From: a virus
Lineage: Duplodnaviria > Caudoviricetes
DNA length: 31,489 bases
Virus record (IMG/VR): IMGVR_UViG_3300005512_000202
Span: 1-31,489 of that record
Reading direction: 5' to 3' (one strand)
Program-made: the position numbers and the translations under genes
The notes under the pieces: generated by a model
The model's input: only the letters and a program-made list of their open reading frames with translations
The model's database searches: none
Told to the model about the DNA's origin: nothing
Shown: positions 1-9,373 of the stretch, one piece after another
How the letters are laid out: each line of letters opens with the position of its first letter
Position numbering within the stretch: the first letter of the stretch is position 1

Positions 1-35
1 TTAACATTCAAGCATTACTTGGAAGGATGATCTAA
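1..35 (+). CDS. 3' end of an upstream structural gene (partial, ...NIQALLGRMI*)
   Basis: Open frame from the window edge to TAA at 33-35, overlapping the next ATG (TAATG coupling). Confidence 0.5.
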   Translation, partial: NIQALLGRMI

Positions 36-268
36 TGAGTAACTACACAAAACTGGTCAACTTCGCAGCTAAGGACTCACTGCCTAGCGGTGATGCTAAT
101 AAGCTGGTGAAGGGAACTGAAATTAATACTGAACTAGCAAACATTCAAACTGCTGTGAATAGTAAGGCTGACACTGCGTCACCTACGTTTACTGGTACGG
201 TTACAGCGGCTACGGTCAATGTCTCTGGTACGTTAACGGCAGGTACTATTGACGGAGGCACTTACTAA
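35..268 (+). CDS. Small virion/tail-associated protein ending in DGGTY
   Basis: 77 aa; SPTFTGTVTA fibre-like segment; C-terminal IDGGTY; coupled to both neighbours. Confidence 0.65.
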   Translation: MSNYTKLVNFAAKDSLPSGDANKLVKGTEINTELANIQTAVNSKADTASPTFTGTVTAATVNVSGTLTAGTIDGGTY

Positions 269-1128
269 TGGGATTACTTGCAGATATAGCAGGAGCTTTA
301 GGGACTGCAGCAGGGGGCTTAGGTAATTTAGCTGGCTCTGCTTTTACAAGTATAGGGCAAAACTTAGGCAAAACTGGAGCAGGTCTTCTTACAGGCTATG
401 GCTATAATGAAATGCTTCAAGACCTCAAGGCTTTTGGTAAAGAAGCAAGAACAGGTGCTGAGGCTATAGGACAACAAGCTGCTGAAGGTACGAGGTTTGT
501 TCCCTTTACTGTCACAGGCGCTACAGGCGCGGGTGTTGGTACTACTCCTGAAGGAAGCACTCAGTTTAATCTTTCACCACAAGAGCAGGCGTTACAGAAT
601 CAGCTATTTGGTGGTGCTAGCCAGTTCTATGGACAGGCTCAACAACCTATTGCACAGGCTGAAGAGGATATCTTTAACCGTATGTTGCAGGTAGCAGCTC
701 CTGAGCGTGAGCGTGAGCGCTTAATGACTGAAGAGCGTCTAGCGGCTCAGGGTAGGCTTGGAACGTCCTCAGCAGCCTATGGAGGCGCTACGCCAGAACA
801 GTTAGCATTAGCTACTGCTCAAGAGCAACAGCTTAATCAGTTAGGCTTACAAGCACGTAACCAAGCCCTAGCAGAGCAGATGCAAGCAGCTAACCTTGGT
901 CAAGGTATGCTTGGTGCTGCTTATACTCCACAGTCTGCACTGCTGAATGTGCTTGGTCAAGGCATAGGCGTTTCTAGTTTGGCTGATGTTGCACGTAGAC
1001 AATCGGCTATGCTTCAGTCTGAAGGTCAGATGGCAGGTCTGGATGCTCAACTGCAGTCTCAGTTAGCACGTGGAAACTTAACAGCTCAAGGCATAGCAGC
1101 CTTAGCAGCTTTATTGTCTGGGAGTTAA
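268..1128 (+). CDS. Internal virion (ejection/pilot) protein
   Basis: Gly/Ala/Gln-rich with hydrophobic Gly-rich ends; no Cys; first of four co-directional genes at the end of the structural arm. Confidence 0.65.
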   Translation: MGLLADIAGALGTAAGGLGNLAGSAFTSIGQNLGKTGAGLLTGYGYNEMLQDLKAFGKEARTGAEAIGQQAAEGTRFVPFTVTGATGAGVGTTPEGSTQFNLSPQEQALQNQLFGGASQFYGQAQQPIAQAEEDIFNRMLQVAAPERERERLMTEERLAAQGRLGTSSAAYGGATPEQLALATAQEQQLNQLGLQARNQALAEQMQAANLGQGMLGAAYTPQSALLNVLGQGIGVSSLADVARRQSAMLQSEGQMAGLDAQLQSQLARGNLTAQGIAALAALLSGS

Positions 1129-1130
1129 AC

Positions 1131-2024
1131 ATGGCATTAGGATTTTCAAGCGGTCTTTTAACAGGACTACAACAGTACGGTCAAGGTGGTGGAGCAATTC
1201 CTGCAGACCCAAGACAACGTGATCTTATGCAAGCTGCTGGAGTAACTAACCCGTTGCTGCAGCAGTTTGGTAAGAGTGTTGGTGGATTGTTTGGTGTTGA
1301 GACACGCAGCCCTATGGATCAGTTTGGGGCAGCTATACAAGATATTGATACTTCAACACCCGATGGTAAGAAAGCTTTGCTGTCTGCTCTTTCTAAAGTA
1401 GATCCTATTTCTGCTGTAAAGATGAGTGAAGCTTTTAGACAAGAAGCTTTAGACGCTCCTAAAAGAGCTGCTGACCTTGCTCGTATTGAAGCGCAAACAG
1501 CGGCTGCTAAGGCTCAAGCAGCAACTCGTAACCTTTCTTTTCAGGAAAGAAGACCAGTTCTACATCCTATTACAGGAGAGCCTACGGGACAGACAACTCT
1601 TGTTACTCATACAATGACTCAAGTATGGGACGAAAAAAATAATAAATGGACTATTCCTGAGGAAGTTAAAAATACAGCTGCCAACGCAGGTATAACAGAT
1701 GAAAAGCTAGAAGAAGTAGCAAATCAAGAAGTTATTGATTATTTCGTAGATGAGAAGGGAAAGACTCGCGTTGTTCTTAATAAGAAAGGTCAATTTTTTG
1801 ATGTGACGTCAGGAGAAGAAATAGAAATTACTCCTGAAACTTTAGACAGTTGGACAGAAAAAAAAGTTGGAGAAATAGGGAAAGAACCTGAGCTTCCTAA
1901 GCCTCCTGCAGAATCTGCTGGAGCTGTTGTTTCTCCTCAGACAAGCAAAAAGGCTGAGTCTATATTAAGACAAAGTAATGGAATGCTGACTGATCCTGTA
2001 TTTGCTCCTTACATGAATAGGTAA
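1131..2024 (+). CDS. Putative internal virion protein
   Basis: 297 aa, GGAG RBS, Gly-rich N-terminus, position in ejection cluster. Confidence 0.6.
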   Translation: MALGFSSGLLTGLQQYGQGGGAIPADPRQRDLMQAAGVTNPLLQQFGKSVGGLFGVETRSPMDQFGAAIQDIDTSTPDGKKALLSALSKVDPISAVKMSEAFRQEALDAPKRAADLARIEAQTAAAKAQAATRNLSFQERRPVLHPITGEPTGQTTLVTHTMTQVWDEKNNKWTIPEEVKNTAANAGITDEKLEEVANQEVIDYFVDEKGKTRVVLNKKGQFFDVTSGEEIEITPETLDSWTEKKVGEIGKEPELPKPPAESAGAVVSPQTSKKAESILRQSNGMLTDPVFAPYMNR

Positions 2025-2028
2025 TCTA

Positions 2029-4023
2029 ATGGCACAACCACGTCTAGTTAGACACCCCGTTGTTGGTGATGTTCTAGTTCCTGCTGACATAAAATACAGT
2101 GAGATAGATAACTATCTTATTGAACAAGCTGCTAAACAGTTGCCAGAAGAAAGTTCTGTAGAGGTCTTCTTTGACCAAGCAGGTGAGGGTTTCTTTTCTT
2201 CTATGCGCGGTCTTAGCCAGCTTGCTGATGAATATGCAGGAACAGACATAGGGTTTGACAACACCTATGAAGAAGAGTTTATGAACCGTGTCCAGCTCAA
2301 GCAAAGTCCTTGGGCAGGATATTCTGGTTTACTTCTTGGTAGTGTTGCTGATCCTGTTACATTACCTGCAGCTTTCTTAAAGCCCTTAACTTTTGCATCT
2401 AAAGTAGCAACCGCAGGTGCTAGAGGCGCTGTTGTTGGTGGAACTGCTGGAGCTTTAGAGCCTGTATACGAAGAGTTTGGAGACAGTCGAGCATTAAATA
2501 TTGGTGCTGGTACTGTCTTAGGTGCTGGTCTCGGAGCAGGCGCAACTAAGCTTCTATCTAGAGGTGACGATGTTGTAAGCAAAATAACTGAAGACACTGC
2601 AGCCAAAGTAGAAGAAGAGATATTAGAAGAAGCTCCTGTACCTAACTTTAAAAGTGACGATGAGATTAAGGCTGAGACCTTCGAGGTTGTTCAACAAGAC
2701 CTAAGAACGATGGCGTTTAATAAGCTTCCAGAAGATGAGCTTAAAGCTATTGAGGCAGGAAAGGCACAACTAACAAAGCTTGTTACAGACACTGAAGAAG
2801 AGATTCAACGCTTTCAAGACTTCACTAAGAAGGGTACACCACCTACAGCAAAACAAAAGAAACAGAATGAAAACTATGTTAATAGTTTGCTGTCTAGACT
2901 TGGCGAATACAAAGATAGAGTTGAAGGTTTAGATAAGCAGTTAAGCCTAAACAAACTCTACAGCGATGCTGATCTTGAGTTAAAGAACCTTAAAAACCTA
3001 GACAAGATCAACGAAGCTAAAGCCAAGTTAGAGGCTAGAGTTAAAACTCTCGAGGCTAGAGTAATTGAAAGCAAAAATAAAAAGATGGATGCGAAGAGTC
3101 AAAAGGCTTTAGAGAAAAAACTCAACAAAACTAAAAGAGAACTTGACAGCTTTTATGCTCGGACAGCTACACCAACGTATCAGAAAATTGTAGATGCTCG
3201 TCTTGCTGAAAACGCTAAACGAAAAGAAGAGTATACTACAAAGCTTGAAGAGTACAAAGCGAGACAAGCAGAGAAGCCTGTCGAGCAGCCTACTGAACCA
3301 GCTCCTCCAAAGACAGAGGAAGATCTTGTAGAAGATTATGGTGTTCGTACTGGTCTAGAAGCTCGAGGAACTTCGGTAGGTTCTGCAGAAGCAAGACCGT
3401 CTGCTGTGTTTGCTCAAGAAGCTGGAGAAGGTGTAGACACACAAGCTCTTGTAAAGTCTGTAACAACTAGACAGAAGGTGGCTGATGAGGATCTTGTAGG
3501 AGATGAAGGTTTTAATCTTAGTCCTACAGAACGGTTTAGACAAGCCTTCAGAAGAATAGCATCTAAAGAGCAGATCGCTAAGATCAGTGGAGTTGTTGAT
3601 GGTAAGTATACTGTCGAGGGTATACAGAAGCTAGCCAAAGAATTAGAAAAGAAAATAGGACAGAGCTACGACAGTCTCATGGACTTTGTACAAGATCGTG
3701 TAGACTCTCGTCAGATGTTTAACGCTCCAGAGATGGAGCTACTACAGCCTTTGTTTGATGAAGCAGAAGCTGCAATACCTGCTACCATGACAAGAATTAG
3801 AAAGCTTATTAGAAGCGATAACCTAGATAGCCTTGAAGGTTTAGAGGCAATTCAGGATTTGCAGTTCTACAACTACATTGGTAATATTAGACTTGATCAA
3901 CGTGCTCAAGCCTCAGCTGCTCTCCGTCAGTATCGAAGAGCAAAGAACATACGTAAAGGTCAAGACACTACAGTCAAGAAAGGCAAGCCAGTCGATAACT
4001 TATTCTTAGGGTTGAAGTGCTAA
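2029..4023 (+). CDS. Large internal virion protein (Gly-rich hydrophobic segment plus coiled coil)
   Basis: 664 aa; AVVGGTAGAL/GAGTVLGAGLGAG segments; long K/E-rich helical region; ends in its only Cys. Confidence 0.7.
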   Translation: MAQPRLVRHPVVGDVLVPADIKYSEIDNYLIEQAAKQLPEESSVEVFFDQAGEGFFSSMRGLSQLADEYAGTDIGFDNTYEEEFMNRVQLKQSPWAGYSGLLLGSVADPVTLPAAFLKPLTFASKVATAGARGAVVGGTAGALEPVYEEFGDSRALNIGAGTVLGAGLGAGATKLLSRGDDVVSKITEDTAAKVEEEILEEAPVPNFKSDDEIKAETFEVVQQDLRTMAFNKLPEDELKAIEAGKAQLTKLVTDTEEEIQRFQDFTKKGTPPTAKQKKQNENYVNSLLSRLGEYKDRVEGLDKQLSLNKLYSDADLELKNLKNLDKINEAKAKLEARVKTLEARVIESKNKKMDAKSQKALEKKLNKTKRELDSFYARTATPTYQKIVDARLAENAKRKEEYTTKLEEYKARQAEKPVEQPTEPAPPKTEEDLVEDYGVRTGLEARGTSVGSAEARPSAVFAQEAGEGVDTQALVKSVTTRQKVADEDLVGDEGFNLSPTERFRQAFRRIASKEQIAKISGVVDGKYTVEGIQKLAKELEKKIGQSYDSLMDFVQDRVDSRQMFNAPEMELLQPLFDEAEAAIPATMTRIRKLIRSDNLDSLEGLEAIQDLQFYNYIGNIRLDQRAQASAALRQYRRAKNIRKGQDTTVKKGKPVDNLFLGLKC

Positions 4024-6182
4024 TGGGTAAATTTCTTAGTAACGCTTGTATGGATAAAGCAGAATCTCTAGTAGATGCTACACATGATTTATTAGATGAC
4101 AAAGCCACTGTCGAGGCAGTCCGTGCTTCTCTTAAGAATGCTTCTCGAGTACAAAGAGCTAGAGAGATTGGCTTAAGTTTTGTTATCAACGGATACCTGT
4201 CAGGTACTATGACACCTGCTGCTAACGCAGCCTCAGTTATGCTGCAAAGCATACTACGTCCTATGACCTATGCTATTGGTTCTCTAACTGACGGTTTAAA
4301 AATAACCAAAGGTGATAGATCTATCCGAGACTTGGGAGCTATTACGCAGGCTATGCTTGAGGGCTGGGGTGCAGACATGATGTACCTCAAAGCAGGATGG
4401 TCTAGCGGAAAGCCTCTTGATATTAAAACAGAAGTAACTCGAATAGCTAATGCTAAAAACATATCAGCAGCTGAAGCAAGACGAACAATTATTGATGCTG
4501 CTTCTCGTGCTTTTGCAGAAAGACAAATAGCAAAAGGATCTAAGCAAAGTCCTCAAGAATTAGCTGACGTATTTAAAAATACAAAAAGAAGTCAGGAAGA
4601 GATTGATCAAATTATTGAGTCTTTCTTGGGAGAGAACTACGACTATATTACTAACTCGCATCCAAGCTTAGGCATTATCAACATACCTACAAAAGTATCT
4701 GTAGCTGTGGACGAGTACGGTAAAGCTCGCTTTCGTAGAATGAAGATAGCTGAAATGGCTGCTCGTAAGGCACGTAAAGACGCTAACGAAGGTAAAGGCA
4801 GATACGCAGATCTTTATAAGCAGTATCAGAAGGAGTCGCTAGAGGGTATTGATCCTGAAGGAAAGCGATACAAAGACATTCAAGCTTCCTTTACAAAGCT
4901 AGAGAGTAACTTAGCTAAAGTCTTTGGCGCTGATGAAAACGATATGCTTCCTTACGAAACAGTCAAGGAGTTTGCACTAGACAACACCTTCCAGTCTCGC
5001 CTACATGGTTCAGTAAACAAGATTGCTAAGCTACGGCATGGTGACAGCTGGTCAGGTGCAGCACTAACGTACTTCATTCCTTTTATGAAAACACCTTGGA
5101 ACATTATTAAAGAAGGCTCGACCTATGTTCCTGTAGTTCCTGTTGTGTTTCGACCTAAGTATATTTCCAAAGGTGAAGTAGTGCCCATGACCAAAGAAGA
5201 ACTAATACCTAGACAGATTCTAGGAGGTTCTATGTTTCTTGGTGTCATGGCTATGTATGAGAATGGCTACGCTACAGGTAACCCTAGAGATGCGCAGGAA
5301 GCGCAGGAGTGGAAAGACAAAGGTATACAACCTAACTCTGTATTGATAGGTGACACTTGGGTTCAGCTCTCTCGTCTTGAGCCTATAGCAACTGTGTTTG
5401 GTTTAGCTGCAGATTTGAAGAAGGCTTGGGAAGAATACAACAATGACCCTCGCCCAGAAGAAGACAAAGACTTTATGGGTGATACTGTTGTTGGTATTCT
5501 GTCAAGCTTAAAGACAAACATTCTTCAGAAAACATTCATGGAAGGTTTCGCTACCATGTTTGATATGTTGTCAGAGCCTGATAAAAACTACAAGACATTT
5601 ACCAATACAGCACTAAGACCTCTAACACCTGCTCTGTTAAACGAAGTTGGTCGTGTTCTTGATGAGCACGAGAGACAGGCTACAGATATGGGAGAAAGAT
5701 TACAGCAGCGAATACCGTTCTTTAGAGAGCAGTTACCTGTTGAGTACGGGGCTTATGGTGAAGCAAGAAAGACAGATGTTCAACAAGCTACTACAGGTTT
5801 TGCTACTAAGAAAGACTCTGAGAGGACAGCTTTACAGCGTGAGATAGAAGATGTTGGAGTATCTATATCAAGACCGCAGAAGAAGCTGAAGAATGTTGAG
5901 CTTACTAATGAGCAGCTCGGAGAGTATAGAGAAATATCTGCAGACTTTACCACTAAGTACTTAAATGCTGTGATAAATTCTCAAGGTTATAGGACTGCTC
6001 CTAAGTCAGTACGGAGAAGAATGTTGGAGCAAGCTTCTAACAAATCTAAGACAGCAGCTAGGAATAGATTCTTTGCTCTCTTGTACAGACAAGACCCTGA
6101 GTTTGCTAGGAAGTTTATGAACGAAGAGATCATCAGACAAGGCGCTGAAGATATAGTAGAACTAAAAAGCCCCTCACAATAG
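4023..6182 (+). CDS. Large internal virion/ejection protein (LPD38-like C-terminal region suspected)
   Basis: ATG at 4023 coupled to upstream TAA; motifs PFMKTPWNI, TGNP..W...GIQPNS.LIG..WV...RLEP resemble podovirus large ejection proteins. Confidence 0.7.
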   Translation: MGKFLSNACMDKAESLVDATHDLLDDKATVEAVRASLKNASRVQRAREIGLSFVINGYLSGTMTPAANAASVMLQSILRPMTYAIGSLTDGLKITKGDRSIRDLGAITQAMLEGWGADMMYLKAGWSSGKPLDIKTEVTRIANAKNISAAEARRTIIDAASRAFAERQIAKGSKQSPQELADVFKNTKRSQEEIDQIIESFLGENYDYITNSHPSLGIINIPTKVSVAVDEYGKARFRRMKIAEMAARKARKDANEGKGRYADLYKQYQKESLEGIDPEGKRYKDIQASFTKLESNLAKVFGADENDMLPYETVKEFALDNTFQSRLHGSVNKIAKLRHGDSWSGAALTYFIPFMKTPWNIIKEGSTYVPVVPVVFRPKYISKGEVVPMTKEELIPRQILGGSMFLGVMAMYENGYATGNPRDAQEAQEWKDKGIQPNSVLIGDTWVQLSRLEPIATVFGLAADLKKAWEEYNNDPRPEEDKDFMGDTVVGILSSLKTNILQKTFMEGFATMFDMLSEPDKNYKTFTNTALRPLTPALLNEVGRVLDEHERQATDMGERLQQRIPFFREQLPVEYGAYGEARKTDVQQATTGFATKKDSERTALQREIEDVGVSISRPQKKLKNVELTNEQLGEYREISADFTTKYLNAVINSQGYRTAPKSVRRRMLEQASNKSKTAARNRFFALLYRQDPEFARKFMNEEIIRQGAEDIVELKSPSQ

Positions 6183-6189
6183 AGGGGCT
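6164..6189 (-). terminator. Rho-independent terminator at the convergence of the two arms
   Basis: Stem AGCCCCTC(6168-6175)/GAGGGGCT(6182-6189), 6-nt loop; T-run on the minus strand at 6164-6168. Confidence 0.8.
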
Positions 6190-6195
6190 AGTTAG

Positions 6196-6211
6196 GTTAA
6201 TCATGATTAAC
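6196..6211. promoter_or_regulatory. Palindrome GTTAATCATGATTAAC, copy 1
   Basis: Perfect 16-bp palindrome directly abutting the RNR stop codon. Confidence 0.75.
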
Positions 6212-8113
6212 TTACGCTATCTCACAAGCTCCACCAACACACGCTAGTTCTTGTGACCCTTCAGTAACATCCTCCTGTTCATTCAAGTCCCAGTTAATCT
6301 CCTCAGGCATAGCCTTTACGAGTTCTCTGTATTGCTCTTCCGTAATTGTTTCATATGGTGCTTGCTCATAGGTATGATTAGAGTAAGGCAAAAAGCTAAC
6401 ACCACTAACACTATCGAAATTATTATATAACCAGTTACCAATAGCAAGGAATTCACTGTCTCTATAATAAACTGTAATAGACGGCTTATGCTCACACCAA
6501 TGCTCCTGATACATAGTCCATAGTTCAAGCTGCTCCAGTCCTGTCTGCTCTGAGGCTATCACAGCGCCCTCAGGAGCCTTCTTAACGAAGGAGAATACCT
6601 TGGTAGTGGGTGATAGGTTATCGTTCTCTACAGGGACTCCTGCGGCCTCTAGGACACTACATAGTGGGTCACGTGAATCAGCCCTAACACGGCGAATATA
6701 GTGCTCAGCAAATCTACCGTGGATACCACTAGCAGAGTCCACCAACTGCGAGACTGTACCAGATGGCTTAACGCACGTGATTGCAGCACTTTGGTTGATG
6801 CCCAGTTTCTTAGCCCATTCTTTATTGGTTGTTATAGCTTCATCCTTAAGCTCCTCTAATACTTGAGATAGTGGTAATCGTTTACCGTTGTTGAACCACA
6901 GCCCTCCATCCTCCTTCATAGCCAATACAGGGTGGTCAAGAATCCCTGTCATGCTTACTCCCAAAAGAGCTTCCTCTTCTGTGTTTTCCTTCCACTTGCG
7001 GCGAAGGTATCGGAAGTCTGTGAGGGTAGCTTGGAGAGTTCCAAGGATACTTGCAACTCGTACCTTCCTTCGCAGAGACTCGTATGTGTCGTCAGCCCTG
7101 ACAACAACTTCTGACAGGTTACAAAATTGGTTGGGTCTGAGGATAATTTCTGAGCAAGGATTTGTGCCAAAGTCCCAGTTGCTATCTCGTCTACCGTTTT
7201 TCTCAGCTTGTTTCTGACTTGCCACTCGACTAAAGATACCTCGTTCGCCTGATCGTGATTCATATAAACTGTTCCACTCATTTAGAAATGCTTCAAAGTC
7301 TGGCTTCTCAGTGTAGCAAGCACTGTTGTTAGCGAGACCTCGTTGGGGTTCATCTACCCACCACTGTCCGTGCTTCGCTCTGCGGAGGCGGTCGTCTGTG
7401 AGGTTGCTGAGGCTGATGAGGGCTGAGCGTCTGACTCCTCCGACAACCACAATCTGAGCGATTTTGCAGCAGATATCATGGCATTCAATACTACTAAGTT
7501 TACGTCCTGCAGCTTTCTTGAACACTTCGACTGTAAATTTGAAGAGGTCAACGAGAGGTTCAGCGCCGCTAGCTCGTCCTCCAAAAGTTTTAAGAGTTGC
7601 TCCTGCTGGTCTGACCTTTGAGACATCCCAAGACGGTAACTGACCGCTGTAAAGTAAGCTGACAAGTTCTCGATAAGCCTTTGCCCATCCGATTTTGCTG
7701 TCGCTGACTGTGATGACTGTTTCTGTTTCATGAAAGTCCTCCGAGACTTCAGGTAGTTTAGATACGTACTGGCGCTCTACAGAAAAACCAACACCCGTGC
7801 CACACATGAGTATGTACATCATCTCATCAAATGCACGGGGATGATCAATAGGTAGATAGCTACAGTTAAAGCCTGCTACGTTGTCACGGTCTAGTGCTTT
7901 ACCTGCAGTCATCAACGCTCGCATGGAAGGCATGACTTCAAGGTTCAGGATAGTGTTGTAGACCTCATCGTAGTCTTTGCCTGTGAGCTGTCCACGCTCT
8001 TTGAAGTAGTCACAGTAACGCGCTACAGTCTCAGGCCAATCCTCACGGCGTTGTTCTTCTGGAATGTAACGTGCATAACGTGACTTGTGAATGTACTCTT
8101 GATATGAATCCAT
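6212..8113 (-). CDS. nrdJ: Class II (adenosylcobalamin-dependent) ribonucleotide reductase
   Basis: FNCSY, GTGVGFS, GGVRRSA, TNPCSEI (catalytic Cys), VKPSGT, C-terminal CVGGAC redox pair; no beta-subunit gene in the arm. Confidence 0.9.
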   Translation of the reverse strand: MDSYQEYIHKSRYARYIPEEQRREDWPETVARYCDYFKERGQLTGKDYDEVYNTILNLEVMPSMRALMTAGKALDRDNVAGFNCSYLPIDHPRAFDEMMYILMCGTGVGFSVERQYVSKLPEVSEDFHETETVITVSDSKIGWAKAYRELVSLLYSGQLPSWDVSKVRPAGATLKTFGGRASGAEPLVDLFKFTVEVFKKAAGRKLSSIECHDICCKIAQIVVVGGVRRSALISLSNLTDDRLRRAKHGQWWVDEPQRGLANNSACYTEKPDFEAFLNEWNSLYESRSGERGIFSRVASQKQAEKNGRRDSNWDFGTNPCSEIILRPNQFCNLSEVVVRADDTYESLRRKVRVASILGTLQATLTDFRYLRRKWKENTEEEALLGVSMTGILDHPVLAMKEDGGLWFNNGKRLPLSQVLEELKDEAITTNKEWAKKLGINQSAAITCVKPSGTVSQLVDSASGIHGRFAEHYIRRVRADSRDPLCSVLEAAGVPVENDNLSPTTKVFSFVKKAPEGAVIASEQTGLEQLELWTMYQEHWCEHKPSITVYYRDSEFLAIGNWLYNNFDSVSGVSFLPYSNHTYEQAPYETITEEQYRELVKAMPEEINWDLNEQEDVTEGSQELACVGGACEIA

Positions 8114-8122
8114 TGGTGCTCC

Positions 8123-8368
8123 TTAGTGTATTGTTGTTTGTTCTGGGTTGTTTAATATTGACCACTTCATTAGGTCAAACATTAGAAATAATTCAGCCAT
8201 GGGCATGTCAGTAGCGATCTGTGCAAGACCGTCATCATCCTCTGTGATTAATATGAAACTACCTTTGGACTTTGTGTCTTGTACAAGGTTAGCTGTAGCC
8301 ATCGCTAACTTTTCCACCAAGGGTGTCTCTTCACCTTTCTTACCGAACTTACCGTCTACTACTTTCAT
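8123..8368 (-). CDS. Hypothetical protein
   Basis: ORF with GAGGT RBS; start probably ATG 8368 (GTG 8374 possible). Confidence 0.7.
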   Translation of the reverse strand: MKVVDGKFGKKGEETPLVEKLAMATANLVQDTKSKGSFILITEDDDGLAQIATDMPMAELFLMFDLMKWSILNNPEQTTIH

Positions 8369-8407
8369 AACCACACCTCATTAATTAAACCATACGCTAA
8401 CATTATA

Positions 8408-8599
8408 CTACACATTACTATCACAGTCAAGTACCATGCTATTTTTCTTTTCTTCATTTCTCACCTTCTGGCAATCTTTGCAGTAATGCTCTACGTCTTT
8501 GTGTCGCACACCGTAAGCCAGAATGACGCTGCACTGGTTACAGAGTAATGCGCCACGACCACCGTTAAACTTCACGATTGCGTGCCTGTACTTTGTCAT
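8408..8599 (-). CDS. Small zinc-ribbon-like protein
   Basis: CNQC...CKDC; GGAGG RBS; TGATG overlap with upstream gene. Confidence 0.7.
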   Translation of the reverse strand: MTKYRHAIVKFNGGRGALLCNQCSVILAYGVRHKDVEHYCKDCQKVRNEEKKNSMVLDCDSNV

Positions 8600-8838
8600 C
8601 ACTCACCCTCCTGCTCACTTAACTTATTATCTATGTACCTCAAATTATCGTGACCTTGTAGGTATATGACTCGTTGCTCCAATAGCTTAATGCGTCTATT
8701 CTCTGCTTCTAGCTCTTGGATATACTCCCAAGCCGCTATTGCCACTTCATCTTCAAGCAACGGGCAGTCGCCTTCAAGATGCTGTCTGGCTCGCTCTGCT
8801 TGTACTCTTAGTTCTTCGCGTTGATAGTCATGTAACAT
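8599..8838 (-). CDS. Hypothetical helical protein
   Basis: ~79 aa ORF in operon orientation; same GGGTGAGTGATG start context as the next gene. Confidence 0.65.
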   Translation of the reverse strand: MLHDYQREELRVQAERARQHLEGDCPLLEDEVAIAAWEYIQELEAENRRIKLLEQRVIYLQGHDNLRYIDNKLSEQEGE

Positions 8839-8930
8839 CACTCACCCCATTCGCTTATCATGTTGTGCTGTTGTTCGCTTATTAGGTGCAGGCACTCGCT
8901 TTCGCTTTATCCTGCGTTATCTGCCCTCCG

Positions 8931-9241
8931 CGCGGTTGGGTAGCTTATAGGAACTACCCGTGGGGCTTACAAAGTGGGTCTTCTCGGGCTAAGCGTGCGG
9001 GGTGTTGTTTGTAGTAACCCCGCTTGATGCGCATCACCGCGAATTCTTTAGAATAGACACTCGTCTTTATCGCCGTTATCCATGGTTTGGCAGGGCCTGT
9101 CGAGTTCGTCTACGGGATAGCTACTTCCCTGCGACTGGCTAGGACAATTACCGTTCACGCTTGGGCGAACCACACTGAACGCAACCCTGAGTGCCTATTC
9201 TAAAAAATTGGGACTGTCTTTTAGTTGGCCACGGCGCAGTC
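8931..9241 (-). ncRNA. Candidate structured non-coding RNA (tandem multi-stem domains)
   Basis: 16-bp closing stem 9047-9062/9189-9204 and several GC-rich inner stems; two mismatches read as G-U only on the minus strand; no ORF of 60 aa or more in the gap. Confidence 0.6.
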
Positions 9242-9373
9242 ATTCCGTTTAAGTATACTCCAATGTCCAATTTTGGCGATTTGGTGTACACATAGACATC
9301 CTCATGTCTAAAAACTGGGACTTTATGGACACTTTCTGCACATTGTTAGTATATATATCCCACTTTCCTGCGC

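Noticed and set aside
702-720. TGAGCG tandem repeat
   Set aside because: Simply encodes ERERER in frame; too short to imply phase variation
4017-4030. Frameshift or assembly error splitting one large gene
   Set aside because: Clean TAATG coupling like other junctions in this genome, and the paired cysteines suggest an evolved split
8931-9241. Cobalamin riboswitch or tRNA, given the downstream class II RNR
   Set aside because: Fragments such as AGCCAG, GGGAAG and CCTGCC occur but not in B12-box order, and no T-loop/D-loop/anticodon layout is seen; cmscan would settle it
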